A stretch of DNA of 64,000 bases from Isurus oxyrinchus (GCA_026770705.1 JANJGN010000041.1:1426001-1490000), one strand, 5' to 3'. Shown: positions 1 to 14,710, counted from the stretch's first letter. Notes: generated by a model from the sequence alone, not told the origin. Made by a program: numbers and translations.

Positions 1-1110
1 ATATTTGCCTCCAAACGGGACTGAGCTGTCACAAGTAGCTATCCTCCCTGGCACCGTTCAATATGGTCCGGGGAATGAGCTGCCCCTGAGTATAAAGGAG
101 CAGCTCACTCACACTCTGAGGGGGCAAAGCACAAACTACCAGTGCTGACTATCATGTTCAATCATTTTAATTATTCAATTACATATGGACGTTCTCTGAG
201 TCGAATAATTATAAGCAGATGAATATACGAACTCAAAAATGTGATAATTTTAACGAGGCTATGAACGCTTTTTTCATTCAGGGGTCGGGAGTGACGCTGC
301 ATCTGCCATCAGATTTTATTGTCCAGCACTATTTACCATTGAGAGTCTGTTGGTCAGCCTCCGTCCTGACCACTGCAATCCATATTATTTGCGTACAACG
401 AACGTGCTGATCAGGAATTTGTATTCAAGGACCTGAAAATTGTCCCTGGTGTTCAGCATCAGAAACTGTTTTATTCATCGGGTCCCATTCTCTTTAACTA
501 GGCCCAGTGAGTTATTCACAATTTTATGACTTCACGCAGAGATGCAGCCTCCTCAACCCCTCTATGTACACATGTCGCTATGTACACTTCCCTCCACCAG
601 CACAGCGCCCCCATATACCCCAATTTTCTTACGCACACTGGTGCCTCATGTCCTACCGACACTGTTCCCCATTTCCTTTCCAAACTGCACCTCTTTTCAT
701 TTCCTCTTCCCAGACCCTCGACCGAAATGATCTCTCACTGCTTCAGGTTGCATGGGCTAGGTGGACCGAATGGCCTGTTGTGACGAAATCACTACGAATA
801 TCCCTATTACAATGTACTCCAGTGGTGGGCATTGGCTGGAGACTAAAGTCAACTCATTTTTAAAGGAGAGGGTAAGATGTTGAAGTTGTCCAAAATGCAC
901 TGTGTCTACAATTCTTTGCATGTTGACCAGCTGAGCTTTGGTTACCATGGATATTTGGAGCACTTTGCCAATTTGTTAAAAATTTGCTTGTAACACGGAT
1001 CTGACCAGTTTAGGCAGTTGCCATCCTGTCTGACTGTATTGAACAAGTTGTGAAGATCTGGAATTAATGACAAACCCCAGGATGATATCTAGCTGCTCAC
1101 TGCCAGTGTG

Positions 1111-1363
1111 TGTTGTCAATACACAGACCACCCACTCTTGAGTCTCCTAATTTTGCTCGTCGCAATCGAGACACACGGCGGGCTGGTGCTATGCTAACTT
1201 TGACCAATGGACGACAGGCGGCTCAGGTACAAGTAACGATCATTTATTCGAGCAATTGCAAGGACAGAAGCATCTCAAGGCATCATTGAATAACATACAG
1301 TCAAACTGCAATCATGCAGCGTATTTTATACATTGCTGATGCCGTACAAGAACAATATTGAAA
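1111..1363 (-). mobile_element. Putative 3' LTR of an endogenous retrovirus-like element
   Basis: On the minus strand a purine tract (AAGAAGGGGA, 1364-1373) precedes a ~250 bp unit with near-inverted termini (TTTCAATA...TATTGACA) and an internal AATAAA (1243-1248). It lies downstream of the env-like remnant. Confidence 0.5.
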
Positions 1364-1890
1364 TCCCCTTCTTGTCAGAATATGTGTTATGTCATACATG
1401 CTCTTTAACACCGGCAGACAACTCATCCCTAACCTGGCTGGGACCAACTTTCATTTCCTTTTTGGTTGAAATGATCACTTCATCTATGTTATTGTCATCT
1501 CCTGCCTCCAATCAGAATCCCAAGACCTGACTGCTTTTTGCAGGCTCTAAGGCTTTGCAATGTTCATCTGCTAACTTTAACTGTTAATGTGCTAGATAGC
1601 ACCGGCTGCATGAAGTATTTAAATAATGATTCAATTTCAGCACATTCTTCCTGTATGACCACTAAGAATGACCAATTTTGGCCCTTTGCCTAGCCCGGAT
1701 TCGCCAAATACAGGTGTACAGTCCGTTCCTTGTTGTACCAACAGACATTGATACTGGCCAGTTATACAGCTTTGCATTTAAAACTGCCATGGTCAGCTCG
1801 GCTGTATCATCTTGTCCTTCATTTGAGGCCTCAGAATTGTTAGACTTCTTCTCCCCCTTTTACATGCCTCCAGCTCCTCTTCTGTGACGC

Positions 1891-2990
1891 TCAGTCATGA
1901 TGAATCAGGTAGGTGAAACATATAACAGTTATCAGCTGGATCAGAACCAGGGCATGGGAAATAATCCGAATCCACGGTTGCATTTGTACATTGGAGCCTC
2001 AATTCCACCGTCACCGTGAGGAGGAATCGACGTGCCATACCAGGTTATCGTTATGGCTTTCCATGACCTGGGTATTAATCCTTCCTCTCTTGTATGTTTA
2101 GAGCAGTTGTACATTTCCCAGGCTTGCTGGCACCTGCGGGTATAGGGACAACAATTGATTATGGATGGATCACATCGAGTTGCCCCAATGCTGGATCGTT
2201 TGCTGCCAAGCAGTGACAAAATATCTCCTAATCCCCATGTAAGCAACATGGGTCGGTTTTTTTGCAGCACATGCAGTTTTCATTATACAACTTGCTGCTG
2301 CTTTAGATCCACACTTCGTTTCTTCCATCTCTGATATTGGGTGTGTGCATACAAATGCTTGGTCTCGAAACCGTACCCTTCTAATATTGTGCAAACTACA
2401 TTCCATTGTATGTCAACTGCTTATGGCAGAATGCCATGTTGCCTAACATAATAGTTTCCCCGCATCACCCCAACATTTTCGGCTCAATAAAATGTTCTGC
2501 TGGGTGTTGACGTAGGTATAACAGGTATCACTAAGTCAATGCCAATTAGCATGTTACAATTCACAATGCATTCAACATTCTTTCTACATACACGTGTTAA
2601 ACCTCTGAGCTGGCACGCAGCCAAGTCATGATTTTTATGTCGTGGACGGTGAAAAAAAAGTTCATTGGTTGCCCATGAAGCAACTGCATCTTTATTAATA
2701 TCTTAAATTCACTCGGGCTTGTTCCAGTGTAAAGGGTCCATTGGTCCTGCAGACATAACTGCTGTTTGCTTAACCTGAAATATGTTTTGCTATACTGTTA
2801 AATTTATTGATAGACTGCGCATGACCTTCGAGCACGTTCGCCATGTTATGAATTAACTGTTTCATGTCATGGCCTGTATTAAATTGGATGTCGTGAAATC
2901 CATGTCCCCGCTTAAAATTTCCTTAAACTGGGAGATCAAGGATTGGACAATTTTGTCAACAGTTTACAGGTCAGTGGACTTAACACAGAA
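1891..2990 (-). pseudogene. Degenerate retroviral envelope/fusion glycoprotein remnant (ERV env-like)
   Basis: Manual minus-strand translation across stops and frameshifts: heptad-like VKSTDL*TVDKIVQSLISQFKEILS and HDMKQLIHNMANVLEGHAQSINKF, then LIGIDLVIPVIP..FY*AENVGV, Cys-rich FVCTHPISEMEETKCG..SCIMKTAC..AYMGIRRYFVT, then a Trp-rich stretch and TM-like QPWIRIISHALVLIQLITVICFTYLI. Confidence 0.6.
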
Positions 2991-2999
2991 GCTTCCCCA

Positions 3000-4370
3000 C
3001 TGAAGCATTCTGAAGTGTCTCTCCATTTGAACAATAAGGCGATATTTTTCTTCCAACCAAAATACATAACCTCACAATTCTCCATGTTAAACAACATCTG
3101 GCAAATGTTGTCCCATTCACCTTACTTGTCCATATCCATTTGTAAATATCTTATATCTTCATTACAACTTATTTTCCCACCTATTTTGGAATTATCTGTA
3201 ATTTTAGCTATTGTACATTCTATCCCACAACCAAAGTCATTCATAACGATTATATGTAGTTGGGCCCTAGGACCGAACCCATTAGAAACCCAATAATTAC
3301 AGCTGGCCATCGGGAAAAAAAGAACCATTTACCCAGACTCCTTTCTTTCTGTTGGTTAGCCAATTCTCTCTCCAATCTAATATAATACCCCTGACTCCAT
3401 GTGATGTACCTTGTGAATTAATCTTTTGTGCAGCTTCTTTTCAAAGGCCTTCTGCAGTGCAGAAATACAACATCCACAGTATCTCCATTATCCACTTTAT
3501 TTGTCACATGTTCCAAAAACACTAGCAAATTACCGAAACACGAGTTATTTTCATAAAAAAATGCTGACTCTGTTGGATTTTATTTCGACGTTCCAAATGC
3601 CCCGTTAGTAATTCATTAATAACGGTTTCCAACAATTTCTAAACGATAGATATTAAACTGGTTTAGAGTTTCCTAATTTCTGCCTCCACCAACCCTTCTG
3701 AATAAAGTCATTATATTAATGTTGTTCCAATCCACTGTATCCTTTTTGGAATCCAGGGAATTTTGGAACGTAATTACCAACGCATTCACTATTTCTGCTG
3801 CCACATCCTTAACAAACATGGGATTTAGGTCAACAGGTCCTGGGGACTTGTCACCCTTTAATCCAAAATGTTTGCTCAGTACGTTTTCTCTAGTTATGGT
3901 TATTGTTCTAGGTTCCTCCATCTCTATACCCTCTGCTCTGCCTGTTACGACTGGTGTGACAGTAGTTTCCTCCGCCGTGAAAATTGAGGCAATATATTGA
4001 GAATAAGCATATAGTGCCATTTCTATGTTCCCCACTGTTAACTCTCCAGTCCTACCATCCAAGTGACCAACATTTGCGTTTGCTACACTATTTATTTTTA
4101 TATACTTTTGGAAGAATTTGATATCACTTTTTTAATTTTGCGCTAGTTTACTTTCATAATTTTCCTTTGTTATTTTTATTAGCTCTTTGTTCGCCTTTAT
4201 AATGTTCCAAATCTTCCTGCTTGTCACTGACCTTTTCCATTTGGGATGCCTTAATTTTGGATTTTGTGTTGCCTTTAACTTCCTTGCTTAGCCCTGAAGA
4301 TTTTTTCCCGCTCTTACCATTATTCTTCCTCATTGGAACGATTGTTCTCTTTATTTTTGCGATTTGGCCA
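3000..4370 (-). mobile_element. CR1 LINE ORF2 (RT) fragment
   Basis: ORF 3673..4062(-) contains KSPGPVDLNPMFVKDVAAEIVNALVITFQNSLDS, matching the CR1 KSPGPDG.HPRVLKE..EI...L..IFQ.SL motif; ORF 3122..3328(-) has GFGPRAQLHII..ND..CGIECTIAKITDNSKIGG. Confidence 0.85.
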
Positions 4371-4848
4371 AGGCATTTTTGATAAGGTATTTGCACACAT
4401 TTTTGTGACTGAATGTGCTGTCCAGGTTGGTTATTGTTTTACATAATTAGTCTGATCGTTTTAAACCGAGGAGGGATGAAATGTACCCTTGGCTCCTGCT
4501 ATGCTGAATCAGTTTTGATTTTTTTTCCCCAATGTTTTTCTCTTCCCGGTAAATTAGTGATGCTTTTGTTCCTGACACGAAGAAATTGTTATCCCTCAAA
4601 TTGTATTATTTGCTACCAGAATTGAATGGCAGATACCGAATTCCTGGACGTCATATATGTTCCGAAATTAAGGGGAAATTGTCAGGCGAAATTCCCAGAT
4701 TTATTTGTGTGCAATATTGGCATTTATTGTGTTTCTCTCTTTCTGTTTAAATAACAATCGCATTTTTTTGCATCACGGTCGCATTTATCAATGATCCGTC
4801 AGCGGATATTTGTTGCAAGAAGCATTTCTACCCTTCATGTTCTTATCT

Positions 4849-5145
4849 TTCTATCTATCTATCTATCTATCCATCCACTCATCTATCTATCTATCCATGT
4901 ATCTATCTATCGATGTATTTATCTATCTATCTATCTTCTCCATATCTATCAACCTATCCATCCATTTCACTCTCAAACTCTCTTGATCTTTCATTCACAC
5001 GCTCCATTTCTGGCTCGTTCTGTCTCGCTCTCTCTCTCTCTCTCCCGTGTACAACTCTCTTTTCTAATCAGTGTATCCAGTTGGATATCTGTCTATCTGT
5101 GCCTCTATATGTCTGCCTGTCTGTCTGTCGGTCTGCCTGTCTAAC
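4849..5145 (+). repeat. Compound microsatellite (TCTA)n/(TC)n/(TGTC)n
   Basis: Directly visible tandem tetra- and dinucleotide runs. Confidence 0.95.
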
Positions 5146-6049
5146 TATCATGATGATTGATTCTCCCCGGGCTTCACCATGTGAGTACGTGGCAAAAAAA
5201 AAAGTGGCAGTCTGTTATCAATTGTGACATTAGATCGAGTCAATATTTGCACAATCGATTGCCAAATGCTGCATACAATGCCCGTTCAGGTGCAATAAAT
5301 TAACTTTGCCCTCGCTTCCTTGTCTTTAGGTCGCTTGACCCAGTTCTCCACAAATGCCTAAATCATTGGATGATTCCTCTATTTGGTTGTGCCAAAGGTT
5401 TTCTTATTTCGTTCAGAATCATGTTTTCAAATATATCCTTTCCTGTGGCGGGGATGTTGTTAGATGGACCACATGTTATTGCCAGATCCAAATTGCCCTT
5501 GAAAAGGCGGAGGTGCCCTACATTCCAGAAATTGCATATTTCATCTGATTGACGTCAGTGGCATTCCCTCAGTACCTAGAAAAAAGTTCGTCAGGCTCAG
5601 TGTGAATTCAGATGACTGAAGAGTCCCATTCTGGAGCTACATGTTCTTGATAAAGACGGGCACGTGTTTTTTGTGCTGAAGAGTTGAAATCAAAGGCCAA
5701 GGTTGGTTCACTTCTCCATGCTGTGCCTTGGCCGTTCCACCATGCTTGAGCCGCTGAGACTCGAAGCGGTTTTCGATTTGATGCACTGGATGATTCAGGC
5801 CGAGTGATCTGCAGCATTCTCCTCCCGCCCCCTGGTTTTAAGACATCCGTGCATTAGGAAAAACTGGAGATTATACAAACAACGTTCTCTTTGGTCGCCC
5901 TTTGGACGAGGACTGCTAAGTGGTAGATGCAGGTATGGAAACGCAACCCTTTCCTGAAACATGTGCACTACAACCGCCAGATGTCTGCTGCATTTGTACA
6001 GGATTTTGGCTGGGTGCCTATAGGCATCAGAGCCTTGTCAAATCCCCAA

Positions 6050-7130
6050 TCCTCCATGCCTACAGGGCTTTTCACCTGAAGCATGGTTGTAAACCCATAT
6101 GTTAGTACCAGGATTCCCGTGTGCCGTGTCTATGCTTCAAACGATGCAGGCACACCGGGATGCTTTTAGCAATGTAGTGTCAGGGTCCCATGTACTGGGA
6201 TCGAACTTGCAATCTCTGAGCTTAGTTTTCAGATTTCAGACATCCTCTAGTGGAGCTTCCTGTGCTCACCGAGTGTGGCGTGTTTGTATGTACGCATTTT
6301 CCAGATGAACAGCATGACCTAGCCAGGGAACCGGGGCTCTAATGAACATACACTTTGATGTCAGGCTTGCTGCACTTTGCAAGTGCATTGGTTTTGCGGA
6401 TTTTCTCCTGCCAGGAACCGTTGGAAATTCTTCACAGACAGTGATGTTTGAAAGTTTTCATTAGCTTTGTATGTGGCCGAAAGGTTATGCAAGTCTCGCA
6501 ATAATATAGAAGTGATATAATAAAAACTGCCTTGAAAGGCTTGATCTTCCATCTGAGTGAAGATTCCATGTTCTCATTGCCGAAGTCAGTGAGTGAATCC
6601 TGTCAAGTGCCGAACTTGTTTTTGTCAGTTGGTGTGTAAATTGCCCATCCAGTTAGTGGCCTTGGAGTCCATGTGGCCAAGTGAGCAAAATGTGCGTAAT
6701 GAACAAAGTGGTGCATTGTTCAAAGCGGCTGTGGTATCTTGGAGCACGTGACCAGCAACAATTTAATGCAGCATCTCTATCCTTAGTTATATTGTCAAAC
6801 GAAAACTTTCTGTGTTTCCCGCAAAGCCCTGAGCACGCAGCTGAATGTCTCCGGATACTGACGTATGAGAGCGCATTTTTCAAAGAATACGACTTCCCTC
6901 TGTAGCTGCCCAGCAGCCTCTGTGCAAGGTTTTATTCTTGGCTCATTCAAAAGGCTGCCGGTGGTCCTGAAATGAATCGATAATACTTTGTCAAGTTGTT
7001 TGAGTGCATGCTTGGACAAAGACCTACAAATATATGACAAACAGAGCTGGAGATATTAAACAGCATTATTTGGCACTGCAGGTGATATCCAAAGGGTTCA
7101 CACAGACCAAACAGTTTGTATCCCTCTTAT
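6050..7130 (-). mobile_element. RTE-clade LINE RT fragment
   Basis: ORF 6795..7040(-) IHFRTTGSLLNEPRIKPCTEAAGQLQREVVFFEKCALI aligns with the RTE motif IRYRTDGKLFNLRRL.AKTKV...IRELLFADDCAL. Confidence 0.7.
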
Positions 7131-9115
7131 CATGACGTCTTCATTTTAGAGCGAATGCACTGACCATCTGTTCAGTGCTGTCGCATATTCCTGGCTGTAT
7201 TGGATAGTTTATTGACCAAGAAGGGAGTCTAGGTTGTGTTTTGTGAGGGAGTTGGACGAGGGGGCGGATATACGGCGTTGGTTGGGGAAGAACAGGCAGG
7301 AGAGCGGGTCTGAGGACACAATCAGAAAAACCATGATCTTTCCGAATTACAGGACAGGCTCAAGGGGCTAAATGACCTACTGAACTTTATTATTCAGTTT
7401 TTGGTGTTTGGTTGAAATGCAGCCCACACCAAAGGTGGAGGAGCCATCGATTTTGGTTCATTGTAATCAGTGTATCTATCTTCTAATGATTGTCTGCAGA
7501 CTAGATTTGAGGGCCAAGACTAAAATGTTCAGCGCGGAATGCCGTCCCAGCGATGCACTCTAGATATGCGATTGTTTTATTCAAGTAATTGTTTTTCATT
7601 CAGTTGAATCATCACTCTGGTTGGACTATGTGAGTGGGTGAGCAGGAGGATTGGATGACTCGGTGAATTGTTACTGGGGCTGTATGGGGTCGGAATGTCT
7701 TGAAAGCATTATGTTGAAATATTTTGTTTGAGAAAACAAAGGCCTTCTCCATACAGTATTTAATGAACATCAAGTCACCACCAACACCAACCTTCCAGGT
7801 TGAACGTTTGCGGTTATAATTTCCAGGCAGAATGGTGTAAAGTTATGTGCACTGGAAAAGAATGTCGGTCAAGTCACCGATGGAAGTGTCAGTGCTAGAG
7901 GAATCCATGGAAAGATCTGGGACGCGTATGAGTTCCCTCTGGAAGCTTAAATGTCAAAGACAAACATCACACATGTGCCCTGTTGGAACATAAAACGTGT
8001 CCCGAAAAACATGACAGTGGTGAACATTTGAAATTTCCTGCACTACCTCTCCTGACAGTTGAGGCCGATTGAGTTTCCTCGAATCATTTTGAGCTACATT
8101 AGAAAAGATTAGATTTCCAACATCCCTCCGTGGGTCAAGCATTTCCCACCGTGATTATCCACTATGGGATCTACCAGCTGCTCGTTAAAATATAGCCCCT
8201 TCAATTGTATTGACCACAAACATCATTTGAATGTTCGATGTTTCATTTCGAAACGGTTCCTTTCAGAAACAGAGCGACTGATGTAACCTGTTTGTTCAAT
8301 GACTAAAACTAATTGATTTCTTTAGGGGACATGAATGCTCTAATGGGGATTGATCTGCTGCTTATATAACAATTTCTCTGAATGTAAAATTTCATGTTTT
8401 GCAACAGGCTCGGTGTATCGGTTTCAACGTGAGTTAGCTCCTCTCACAGTGAATATAATTTGTTGTACTTCATAAGATACGATCCATTTTCAAACCCGTA
8501 CTGGAAGGTGTCATTTTCCGATGTACGTTTATGAACATGCTCTCGGATTAACAATATCAATTTCTGTCCTTCTTTCGATTCATGGATGAGGGAAATGCAG
8601 GCATGGAGAGCATTCATTGCCCATCTTTAATTCAACTTGTGAAGTGGGTGGTCAGCTGCTGCAATCTTTGTGGTGTAGTTACATCCACAGTATTATTAGG
8701 GGGAAATCCATTAATTTGACAAAGAGACAATGAAGGAACGGAGATATTTTCCCGAATCAGGATGATGAGTGGCTTGGAGAGGAACATTCAGCGACAGGCG
8801 TCCGCATGACCATGCTGACTTTGTCTTTCTAAATGGTAGCGGCCATGGGTTTGATTAGTTAACTAAAGGGCTTCATATTGAGTAAAGGTAACAGCTGTTC
8901 TCTGTCCCCTGCCAGGAATGATGTCATGCTAGTTTTTCCCTGATGCTCTAGAATAATTAAGGTGACATCTCCTTCCGATGCTCCTATGATTTTAAACTGT
9001 TTCTCCTGTTTTCCTGAGATAAAATTTAAAGAAGAATAGGATTTTTACGTTTCAGCTCACACGTTTATTTCTTCTTGTGCACCCATCTCTGTAGGAAAGA
9101 CATCTCCTTAAAAAG

Positions 9116-9185
9116 ATGGGTGAACTGATACTTCACCAGCTAGAAGCCATTTATTATCCTCTTCTCGCGGCTATTGGGGTTCCTG
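9116..9185 (+). CDS. Coding exon 1 of GPR139/GPR142-like GPCR (MGELILHQLEAIYYPLLAAIGVP + 1 nt)
   Basis: ATG at 9116; IYYPLLAAIGVP is the start of TM1; consensus donor G|GTAAG at 9185/9186 in phase 1, joining in frame to the acceptor at 14710 (G+TT = Val, giving GVPVNLVAIVILSRG). A pyrimidine tract + TAG at 9092-9094 suggests an upstream 5'UTR exon. Confidence 0.92.
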
Positions 9186-12100
9186 GTAAGAGCTTTAATG
9201 CAATCATTACCCGTATAAATGGATGTTAACGTTCTTCTTAAGTGCTGGTTCTGATAACATGGAATCATTTCTTTACAGTTGGGAAGTCATGAAAGCAGGG
9301 ATGTAAGTTTAACAATAACATTAAAAGATTTCTTACTGTTGCTGCATCTTTCACTCAGGTGTCTCCACTGCCAACACCTTATTCATGCTTTACAGAATGT
9401 CTTGTAACAGAGTGGGCTCAACAATAGATATCATAATCAAGTGCAAACCGAGTTTGAACTAGTAGAAAACCCAATCTGTGAAAATCTGTGCAGAGGCAAT
9501 TTTTCATTCTACAAGTTCCTGCTCGAAATACTTGAATGCTTTGCTAATGCTATTCATCCATTTCCCAATAGTAAAAGGAACAGGAACACTGTCAAATCGC
9601 ATACTTATTGCCACAGCGATACGTTTTCAAACCTGGATGCAGAGAGGATATCTGAATGTCTGGGTGAAATAGATTCCGTTTGTGCAGAAGACATTTGGTT
9701 GTTTTATTAACCTGTCTATTGAAATGCATGTATTTCTAGAACCTTCTTTATCAAACTTAATGAATGTATATGAAGTGCAGTCAACGAAGTGACGCAAAAG
9801 GTGACAGGCAATTTCTGGTGGAGAAGCTTCTACAGGCAGCAAGTTTACAAGGAGCTGATTATCCGTTTTGTGGGCTTTGGCCGAGGTTCAAATAGTGCTC
9901 AGGACACCAGGGGCTACAACAATGCTGTTCTTCGAAATAGGGGCATGGAAACTTTGAAAATAACTGCGAATCGATTAGTCATGTGTTACGAAAGTTATTA
10001 TAACCCATAGTGCAGAACTACTTCACTACAGCAATGGAGCATTAGCCGAGAATTTTGTTCCCAAGTACAGATGCCGGAGGTAAGTAGTCAAACATCTATC
10101 TCAGCAGTGAGGGTGCTAACTGAGACATAATTGGTCAGATTTTGGAAACCCTATGCACCCTGAGTAGTAATGTGGTTATCATTAATATGCTCATTTCAAT
10201 TTCTAGCCCTCCACTTCCTGTTGTTGAAAACCCTGCTTCCAAATCTAACTGATTTACATTGAGGATTAGTGTAAATTGATATTAAGCATTGCCGGAATCC
10301 CCTGTGGCTTTGGCAAACTCACATTGCCATGTTACATGGTGGCGCTGACAGAGGGACATTGGAGCATAGGAAATACGAGTATGAGTTGACCATTTGGCCG
10401 CACGACGGTGCTCCACTACTCAATTATATCAGCGCTGAAATTATGCCTCCACGAGATTCCTCGCACTATCTCATATCTTTGGACGCATTTACTATTGAGA
10501 AATCAGTTGATTGACACATTCAACATACTCAATGACTGCCAATCCACGGATGTTGCATTACATAATTTCGAAAATTTACCCCTCCCTGAGTAATGAATTC
10601 TTCCTAAGATCAGTTCTAAATGCAGACCTCTTATTGTGATATTGTTTTTCATGTTTTTAGGCACCTCCAACAGGGGAACAATCCATGCAAATCTACACCA
10701 ACGAAATTTATAAGAACGATGAATGCTTCAGTGAGATCAATTCTCATGTGCCAATGCTCCAGAAAGCAGAAGATGAGTCTCGTCAATGTCTCCACATAGG
10801 ACAATCCCAGCGACCTTAATGTAATCCAAGAGGTAATGTGTTGAACATTCCTTGTCGCAGAGCTACAACAGCACCTAATGAAATCCACACAAAAGGGGAA
10901 AAGTAGATGCTTTACTGGAAGCACGAACATCACCATAAACATTCCACATGAATATTGCAGATTTGGGGAATTCCTGGCTTGGGGTTACAAATTATTCTTG
11001 TGCACAAATCAGCTAACGCTGATGGTCCACAGTGCCTCGTGAATGCCCTGTTTTGAGCGGTTTATCAAGGTGAATTGTACGCCATTTAGCACAATGATTG
11101 CCTCACAAAATACAATCGAGAGCAGCCCCGATGTGAAGGCGGAATTCTTCTGAATAAGTACCGTGCAGCGGTTATTCCTATTAATCCTTTAATGAACAGA
11201 TGCACCTGTGGTGGGTAGGTTGGTGGACCGAATTTACATAGAGTTTTGCACCTGCTTGGTTCCCTGAACACCTGCCAAAGACCCAGTCTTGCAGTTATAT
11301 TTATGGACCGGCCAGCTCGGCCATTAATGGCTCAACCGATCCTCTCTTGCTCACAGACATCGAGGTCCCCATTGTGAAGCATTATTCTTTCCCTGTCATT
11401 CCCCAAAAGATCATCGATACATCCACTGAGGGGAAAGGGAGGTTGTCAGCAGGAGGGGGCATTCTTTGCCCATGTGTTTCATGATGTCTTGAGGTTTCGT
11501 TTAAGTACCACGTGCTCTCAAGGATATGAAAAGTGATGCCCACTGAAAGTGTTGCAAAATGGTATTTAGGAATCAGTAATACAATTGAGCAATACCGAGC
11601 AATTCAAATGATATTTCACCTTTTAGATCAGAAAATTTCACTCAGATGTTTGCTGATGATTCAGCTGAACTTTAAAAGCTTTAAGAGGAATTATTCAGAT
11701 TAGGATAAACATCTTGACCCATTAAATTAACGGAATGATTGCAAATCAAGTTGTCTGCTTTGTCCTGGAATAAGTCAATATTGTTGAATTATATTAGAGC
11801 GTAAATCATCCCGGCAGGTGTAGTGTATCCCATCATACTCCTGATCTGAGTATTTAAATGGAAGAAAGGTTTTGGAGAGTCAGGGGTTGCGTAGCTCACA
11901 ACAGCATTCTCAGATTCTGACCTGCCCTTCTAGTCACAGTTTCTTGTCAATGGTTTGTTCAAGGATGGTGAAAATGGAGGCTTAAGCTATGGTGATGTCA
12001 TTAAAACTCAAGGGCATTTTGTTGGATACCCCTTCGGATCAGTGTTCATTGCCTGTCAGTTTTGTGGGATGCAAATTACCTGTCGAATTTCAGCATAAGT

Positions 12101-14710
12101 ATGGCTATTTCCCCGGTATGGATACACATGGGCATGGATATCATCAGCATAAGTTGTGTCGCGAATGGTGCTGAACTTTGAACAATCCTCAGCGGACGCA
12201 ACTTTCTCCCAGTAGCCCACACCCTACCCACCACACCAAACCTCTTTCTGTGTTTTAAATGGAAATAATTTCATTGATGCAGCAGCTTAAGATTGCTAAC
12301 AGAAACCCAAAATTAAATTTTGATCTATTGCCTGGCGTTTTCAAGGCTGTCAAGACCTTTGACATCTCCATTAAGTCCATCAATACTTGCATTCGAGTTA
12401 GAGAATTGTGAATTGGGGACAGCCAACTGGGCTGTGTATGTAATGCAATTAGATACTTGTTTTTTTTTATGTGTGGTCAAGCATTGCCAATTTGCAATCT
12501 GATCCAAAAATGTAAAAAAACTATTTATCTTTATCCGACTATTTCGCATTACTTCATTCAAAGTTCATCTGAATCATTAACCAACAACTTATTGAAATAA
12601 CATGATCCAAAATGTTAATTAAGCACCCGTTTATAGACCATCAATGCATTGTTATTTCCCTACATTCAAGTTTGCGAAAAATCTACGCTGAGTCTGGACC
12701 ATGTTGCACAGCTTGGAAAACAGTTGATACTTGAAATAACTCTCTATCTACTCATCCCATTGTTTTGCGCATGTGCATTATCCATTCATTAATCAGTGCC
12801 TTCCAAATCTGACCGCGGATTTCGGTCGGAAAGCTATTCAGCACCCTTGAAGGAGCCATGACATCCTCTCCTATAGCAGCGCCAGCAGAACTACAAACAA
12901 AATTTCGGCAGCGAGCCGATTACCCACTTTCGATAATAATTCAAGCTAGAGTTACTTAATTTGATTTTAAATGCCGAAAATAATCTAGTAAACGTGTGCA
13001 TCAAGTTATTACATATCTAGCAGCTACAAATTAGTTCAGAAATATTCACTTAGAAAATATAATCTTCAAAATTCAAATGGACATTCACTATCTAAAGAAC
13101 AGAAAGCATAATGCAACCGTGATTATCTGAGGCTCACGTCAATTTCGCTTAACCTATATAGATGATTGGGTTTCATCAGTAATCAGTATAAATGTCTGAA
13201 GTTAATCTTGTGGAAAATAATGCAGCATTTAATAACGGCGTTAATTCTCGAAAAATGTTCCTGCATTTTGAAAAAAAATATGCATGTTAACAAATAATGC
13301 TAAGATTCATGTGTTTCATGAACCTGGCCAATCTGAAATGAAATAAGCTGTAGAGGATATTAATTTAAACATGGGTGTGATAGGTGTAATGTCTTTATGG
13401 TCAGGTTATCGACAATTCGGAATTTCACTTTTCTGAACATATATTAGTTTAAAGATTCAAATTGATGTCCCCATCACCTTCAATCTTTATCACGACCTTC
13501 CGCACTTGATGCCCAGCAGAAATCAATTTTCAGCTTCATATTTAAAATCACTTCGCACGGATGCTGTGCTTGAGATGCCCTTTCTGCCCTTTCGACAATA
13601 AAGTGAATGGTTTTGCTGCCGATCAATTAATGGGAACTCTGTCCTATCTACTAGGAAGTAAACGCTAGTTATGACCTCAACACAATCACATCATCGAATT
13701 GGTCATTAACTTTGCTTTGCAAGAAATGTGCCCCGATGGCCAATAAACATTGCCCACTCAATCTGATAGCAATGTCACCGTTCCCAGTCCGCCATTAAAC
13801 TGCCCTCTTGATCAGCACTGACTCCACCCTTTCTGCATAGCAATGTTGCTTCGCACTTTCTGCAATGAATTAGCGATGCATTCACCTGAAATAATGCTGC
13901 ACAATGCCCAGCCAGCATATCAATCTTACATTACTCATTCTGACTTAAAACACATGACTGATCAGATCTCATTCATGAATAAAACCACTCACTGTGAACC
14001 TGCATAAGAATGTCACTTTGTACTGATTGTCATTGTACCGCCACCGTGATAACTGCTGTGTAATCTTGCATTCGGCCTTGTCTATGCTGTCTTTTATGTA
14101 GCTCAGTGACCATTTTCTGGTCGTATGTTTTTGCCATTCCATCTTTCATCCTCTCAAGCGTTCAGAGTAGGTTCGTGCTACTGGATAATATTTTACCTTC
14201 AAGCTGAAAGTCCTGTAGGACAGTAATGCTTCCCAGTACTTATCACAACTGTAGAACACCCAGCATGCATTGCACCAATACCTCTTCCAGAGTATAACTC
14301 AACTTGGCACAGATACTATTTTGCGCATTAATTTCCCATTTCACATTGTACCAACACACATGAATTGGCACTTTACACCTCCCATTTACCTTTTAATATT
14401 CACGATGCCCAGCCGTTTGTGTGCTTTCAAATTTTCCAGGTCACATTCGCCCTCAGTAATCTCAATCATTATTAAACAATACTTGCCCAGTATACGTTGA
14501 ATATGGTCATTTCAAATTACGAATTATCAACTGAGGTGTTCCTTCCCTATCCATTTTGATTCGGTCCAGTTTAAATTTAGAACATGCTCGCCTCGGAATG
14601 TAGGTTGTGCATATTTGGGATGAATGCATAATCCTTTGCTGCAACAGGAACAAAATTAGTAATGTTTATCTGTGTCGTCTATCTCCTGCTCTCTTTATCC
14701 CCTCTTACAG

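Noticed and set aside
88-222. TATAAA followed by a short ATG ORF at the window start
   Set aside because: No signal peptide, donor site or homology to the defensin or GPCR first exons; unsupported.
4791-5227. Low-complexity ORFs (YLSIYLS...)
   Set aside because: Translation of microsatellites.
14662-14710. ORF-track N-terminus of the GPCR
   Set aside because: It is the intron's polypyrimidine tract; the real exon 1 is at 9116-9185.
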